Positions 25,014-28,414 of a DNA stretch of 28,414 nt are shown here, piece after piece. The first letter of the stretch is position 1; every line of letters begins with the position of its first letter. Origin of the DNA: a virus. Its lineage: Duplodnaviria > Caudoviricetes. The notes below the pieces were generated by a model. The model was not told the origin of the DNA. It did no database searches and worked only from the letters and a program-made list of their open reading frames with translations. Where the stretch lies: positions 1-28,414 of IMG/VR virus record IMGVR_UViG_3300030372_000536, one strand, 5' to 3'. The position numbers and the translations under genes were made by a program.

Positions 25014-26186
25014 TTAATCATATGCTTGATTATACACGTGCTGCTCCTCCACATCTTCTACATACTGTGTATATTTTATTTCTTTAAATGTTTCCGATTC
25101 TTGCGTTACATACATTTTTCCTTGTTCTACCATTCCTTGTAATACATAAAAATCAGCATTAGTCGTAGCTGTACTTGTACCATAAACTGCGGTAACAAAA
25201 GAATTACCCTTTTCTATTTCAGCTCCTACGGTGCTGTTTAAGACATTATTAGTCGCTAATGGTAGTGCTATACCATAATAGCTAGATGTTTCCTTTACAG
25301 GTCTTAAAACGATTGTCTGACCTCCTCCTACTTCTGATCCTCCTCCTGTTGCTCCTCCTGCTGCGTCATATGCTTTTAACGTTACTAAATTTGCTGATGT
25401 TGTTGGATTTGCTACCTGAGCAAAACTGTGTGATGTTGTTTGTGGTTTAGTTGTAATATTAGTTATCTGTGTTTCTGAACCTGTACCTTGAGTAAATGAA
25501 TAAGAATGTCCAGCAGGCATATTAGATTTTATATCAAATGTTATACCTGTAGATGTTTGTACTACGTTCTTAATTTCCATATATCTTGTACCATCTGTTT
25601 GTGCAGTTTCCGTATTTATTACAAAAGAAGAATCTACTATAAGGTCATTACAACTATTATATATCTTCATAGGATATATTTGTGCACTTAAATTTGTAAA
25701 AGATTTTTCGTAAACATCATTCTTTCCTGTTAAGTCTAATGTATATATAACAGTACCTGCAATATCTGTTACATCTAATCTTCCTATTTTACCGCTTGAA
25801 TTATTAGGCATATTATTACAGGCAGGTGTTATTGCTCCTGAATGTGTTGTTGTACATTCAAACACTTTATAATAAAAATATCCTGGAGAAACTGCTAAAA
25901 ATTTACCTGTAAATACATTTGCAGCAACATAATTTTCAGACGCTGTTAATGTTACCTTAGTATATCTATCATAAATATCATATTTTGTAGGATATGTATA
26001 TTGAGATTTTGTATAAGTAACAGGTGATGTTGATGGGATAACTGTATAAGTTTCTCCCATATCATTAGTAATTTCAAATAGCAATTGCACCTGGCTACTA
26101 GGTACGCTTGTATCTATCCTGTTATCTTCTGTAGATATATAAACCTCATTTTCTGATTCTGGATTTGTGATAGATGTATGTATCAT
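25014..26186 (-). CDS. Structural protein (head-tail region) with probable central insertion
   Basis: GYFYYKVFE and VEQGKMYV motifs separated by a Thr/Ser/Gly-rich stretch; follows late promoter 5. Confidence 0.5.
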   Translation of the reverse strand: MIHTSITNPESENEVYISTEDNRIDTSVPSSQVQLLFEITNDMGETYTVIPSTSPVTYTKSQYTYPTKYDIYDRYTKVTLTASENYVAANVFTGKFLAVSPGYFYYKVFECTTTHSGAITPACNNMPNNSSGKIGRLDVTDIAGTVIYTLDLTGKNDVYEKSFTNLSAQIYPMKIYNSCNDLIVDSSFVINTETAQTDGTRYMEIKNVVQTSTGITFDIKSNMPAGHSYSFTQGTGSETQITNITTKPQTTSHSFAQVANPTTSANLVTLKAYDAAGGATGGGSEVGGGQTIVLRPVKETSSYYGIALPLATNNVLNSTVGAEIEKGNSFVTAVYGTSTATTNADFYVLQGMVEQGKMYVTQESETFKEIKYTQYVEDVEEQHVYNQAYD

Positions 26187-26188
26187 AC

Positions 26189-26218
26189 TATATAATAGAA
26201 AAACGGTTAATTTATTTG
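26189..26218 (-). promoter_or_regulatory. Putative late promoter 5
   Basis: CAAAT-N15-CTATTATATA just downstream of a terminator, 2 nt before the ATG. Confidence 0.75.
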
Positions 26219-26224
26219 TATTAG

Positions 26225-26254
26225 AAAAGAAAAAAGGGCTATTTAAAGCCCTTT
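26225..26254 (-). terminator. Intrinsic terminator after the tail tube gene
   Basis: AAAGGGCT/AGCCCTTT stem, 6-nt loop, U-rich tail on the minus strand. Confidence 0.85.
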
Positions 26255-26295
26255 AATCAAGAAAATATATAAAAAACACTTAAAGTGTCAAGAAG

Positions 26296-26895
26296 TTATG
26301 ATATCGTTATAGATACATTTGTAAATGCAGTATTGTCAAATGGATTAGTTGTATAATCTGCAACAGTTGACATTGGAGTTTCTTCCATGCCATCAAATGT
26401 CCATGAATAACCATTATGGTCTGCATATGCTGCTCCACTTAAATTAGTACCACTATTTAATCTCATTCCATTTTCAGCACCCATACAAAGTATTACGTTT
26501 TTACCTGCTGAATTTAATTGATTAAGTTCTGCAAATATTACTACTTTTGACATAGCTAATAATCTCAATTGATTCTGATCTTCTTTAGTAAGTTGATTTA
26601 ATTTCATTGAAATTTGAGGTGTGTAAAAAATAGTTCCTGCTTCTGTAGAACCTACAATAGTTTCTGTTAAGCTAGATTCACCACGTGGTAAAGCATAACG
26701 ATATAATCCTGTTGATGTAGCCATTTCTATGTCGGTAATTTCACCTGCTGACCTTACTATACCTGTACCTAATACTTCACCTGTTGATGCTGATGCATTG
26801 AAATCATCATAAACTCCAAAATAAATATATTTGACTCCACCTGCGATTCTGTCGCAAGTCAATCCACGTCCTTTAGTTAATGCTGTACATGCCAT
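26296..26895 (-). CDS. Major tail (tube) protein
   Basis: MACTALTKGRGLTC..AGGVKYIYF, GTIFYTPQI, NGYSWTFDGME; directly after MCP and bracketed by terminators, suggesting high expression. Confidence 0.6.
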   Translation of the reverse strand: MACTALTKGRGLTCDRIAGGVKYIYFGVYDDFNASASTGEVLGTGIVRSAGEITDIEMATSTGLYRYALPRGESSLTETIVGSTEAGTIFYTPQISMKLNQLTKEDQNQLRLLAMSKVVIFAELNQLNSAGKNVILCMGAENGMRLNSGTNLSGAAYADHNGYSWTFDGMEETPMSTVADYTTNPFDNTAFTNVSITIS

Positions 26896-26916
26896 ATTTA
26901 ATTTGTTTTAAAAGTT

Positions 26917-26942
26917 AAAAACAGGGGGTAATTAAACCCCCT
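26917..26942 (-). terminator. Intrinsic terminator after the major capsid gene
   Basis: AGGGGGT/ACCCCCT stem, 6-nt loop, GTTTTT tail on the minus strand. Confidence 0.8.
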
Positions 26943-26953
26943 ATTTAGTATTA

Positions 26954-27868
26954 TTATGATTGTCTTACTATATCTGCTCCAACTCCTGTTTGAACACCCA
27001 TAGAGTATCTTGCAACTAACCTCATGTTATCACTCCCATTTAGGTTAGCGAGGTCTAAAAGCGTTATACGAGTACTATCACTTAAGAGGTCAGTCCCTGC
27101 AAATAAATTAGACTTTTCTGCTGCTACTAATTGATTATCTGCCATACCTGGACATACTGCTATCTTATATCCTTCAAATACAGGTTCATAATCTCCATTC
27201 ATATTGTAAGCATTAACATATCCTAATGTAGATACTGCTGAAATATAAAAAGCATATGTTTTGTTGTTCATGTATATATGTAAATCATCTTTCCCTAATA
27301 TAGCTGGTACATTAGCTGCCATATCAGCAGTTAAAGTTTGTAAATTAGCAATAATGTTAGCTGCAGTATAAGCTGCTGAAGCTGAAGATTGAATAACTGT
27401 TGCATCAACACCTGGTAATAAGTAACCTGTTGCTGCTCCTAAGAATCCGTTAAATTTACCTGCTACTGCAGTTCCTTCCCAGATGCTTTCTTCTGTTGCT
27501 TGTGCTATAATCTCACCCATGTAAGAAATAACATAATCATCAAAAGATGCTGGAGGTGGAGCTCCTGCTCCTGCTCTCATTTGTAACGCTTCCCATGAAT
27601 CTAGTAAAGTTTTCTTGCACAAGTCAAGGTTAATTTGTAAATTTTTAGGTTCTAAAACTTTTTCAGTAAGTGCTAATGTACCTGCATCTGTAAAGTCACA
27701 AGTTGCATCTGCAACTACTCCTGAACCTGCCATTCTTTGAATGTTTGACTTATACTTAATATTTTCTATCAAAGTTAAGTAGTCTAATGATTTTGCTTCT
27801 TTTAATGCTGCTGAAATGTAAAATCCAGCTGCTTTACCTGCAAAATTTGATGTTGTAGTAAACGCCAT
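26954..27868 (-). CDS. Major capsid protein
   Basis: 304 aa after the scaffold; CDF..AGT..LTEKVL, LCKKTL..SW, ESIWEG and NLFAGTDLLSD motifs of Bacteroidota phage MCPs; strong A-rich leader. Confidence 0.85.
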   Translation of the reverse strand: MAFTTTSNFAGKAAGFYISAALKEAKSLDYLTLIENIKYKSNIQRMAGSGVVADATCDFTDAGTLALTEKVLEPKNLQINLDLCKKTLLDSWEALQMRAGAGAPPPASFDDYVISYMGEIIAQATEESIWEGTAVAGKFNGFLGAATGYLLPGVDATVIQSSASAAYTAANIIANLQTLTADMAANVPAILGKDDLHIYMNNKTYAFYISAVSTLGYVNAYNMNGDYEPVFEGYKIAVCPGMADNQLVAAEKSNLFAGTDLLSDSTRITLLDLANLNGSDNMRLVARYSMGVQTGVGADIVRQS

Positions 27869-27889
27869 TTTTAATTTTTTTTTAGTTTA

Positions 27890-28414
27890 TTATTTATTTA
27901 AGTTGTATAAAAATCTTTCTTGTTTAGAAAGTTTGTTATATTGTTTTCTTGTTAGTGCTGGTTTATCTGCACTAAATTTATTAGTATTAACAGGTGCATC
28001 CGCTGGACTTTCTGCTAATTCTGTTTTAAGTTTTTCGTTCTCAGCTTTTAGTTTTTTAATTTCATCTTCTGCTGAAAATTCAACTACCTCAGTTGTTTTA
28101 ATTGTTTTAGGATTTTTAGATGGTTCTGTAGTTTCTTCTACTGTTTCTTCTGACATTTCTTCTACATCTCCTGTTTCTCCTATTTCTCTTTTTAGATCAG
28201 ATACTGCATCTTCTAAGTTTTTGATACGCTTCTCCATACCTTCCCAATCAGCTACATCTGCTTCTTCATCATATTCTTTTTTATCATCTTCTTCTGCCAT
28301 TTCCTCTTTTGGAGTATCTTCTTCTTCTGTTTCTGACTCTATAACTTCACCAACAATACCTTCTTCTTCAACTCTAAAAGATACGCCTGTGTCAAGTTTA
28401 TAAGTTCCTGGTGG
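27890..28414 (-). CDS. Capsid scaffolding protein, C-terminal part (second allele, 5'-truncated)
   Basis: Open to the window end; same protein as 1-637 with a few substitutions and two extra residues. Confidence 0.8.
   Translation of the reverse strand, partial: PPGTYKLDTGVSFRVEEEGIVGEVIESETEEEDTPKEEMAEEDDKKEYDEEADVADWEGMEKRIKNLEDAVSDLKREIGETGDVEEMSEETVEETTEPSKNPKTIKTTEVVEFSAEDEIKKLKAENEKLKTELAESPADAPVNTNKFSADKPALTRKQYNKLSKQERFLYNLNK
27943..28414. repeat. Imperfect terminal direct repeat, right copy
   Basis: Aligns to 1-466. Confidence 0.97.

Noticed and set aside
26276-26288. Short palindrome ACACTTAAAGTGT after the tail tube stop
   Set aside because: Too short and weak; a better terminator lies immediately downstream.
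1506-28403. All plus-strand ORFs in the track (e.g. 2437-2763, 12102-12443, 27903-28403)
   Set aside because: Each lies antisense to well-supported minus-strand genes or signals and has shadow-like Ser/Phe/Leu-rich composition.

Overview
An essentially complete, AT-rich tailed-phage genome of about 27.9 kb. The two ends carry overlapping but non-identical copies of the scaffolding gene (1-466 vs 27943-28414), so it closes into a circle. Every credible gene is on the minus strand. The host is inferred to be Bacteroidota (Flavobacteriia-like) from TAnnTTTG promoters and A-rich starts without Shine-Dalgarno sites. In transcription order the early block runs from a host-type promoter at ~19360 through SSB, a DnaA-domain-IV-like protein, an HTH replication initiator, NinG, an ECF-like sigma factor, DUF3310 and NinB. 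The late block has TerS/TerL, a frameshifted tail chaperone, neck/tail genes, tape measure, prohead protease, scaffold, major capsid, tail tube, LamG fibre, portal, adaptor, lysis genes and a metallophosphoesterase. No integrase, polymerase, RT, CRISPR array or tRNA was seen. Most notable: (1) two related intergenic stem-loop elements with a shared scaffold whose loops are antisense to start-codon-like regions; (2) VELG-led coiled-coil cargo domains on the protease and its neighbour, with the same motif in the portal and one cargo ending in an SSB-like DLPF tail; (3) a five-copy bipartite late promoter; (4) a phased DnaA-box-like array plus a DnaA-IV-like gene; (5) TerL has no canonical start codon upstream of its Walker A. 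All family calls come from motif recognition by eye, not database searches.
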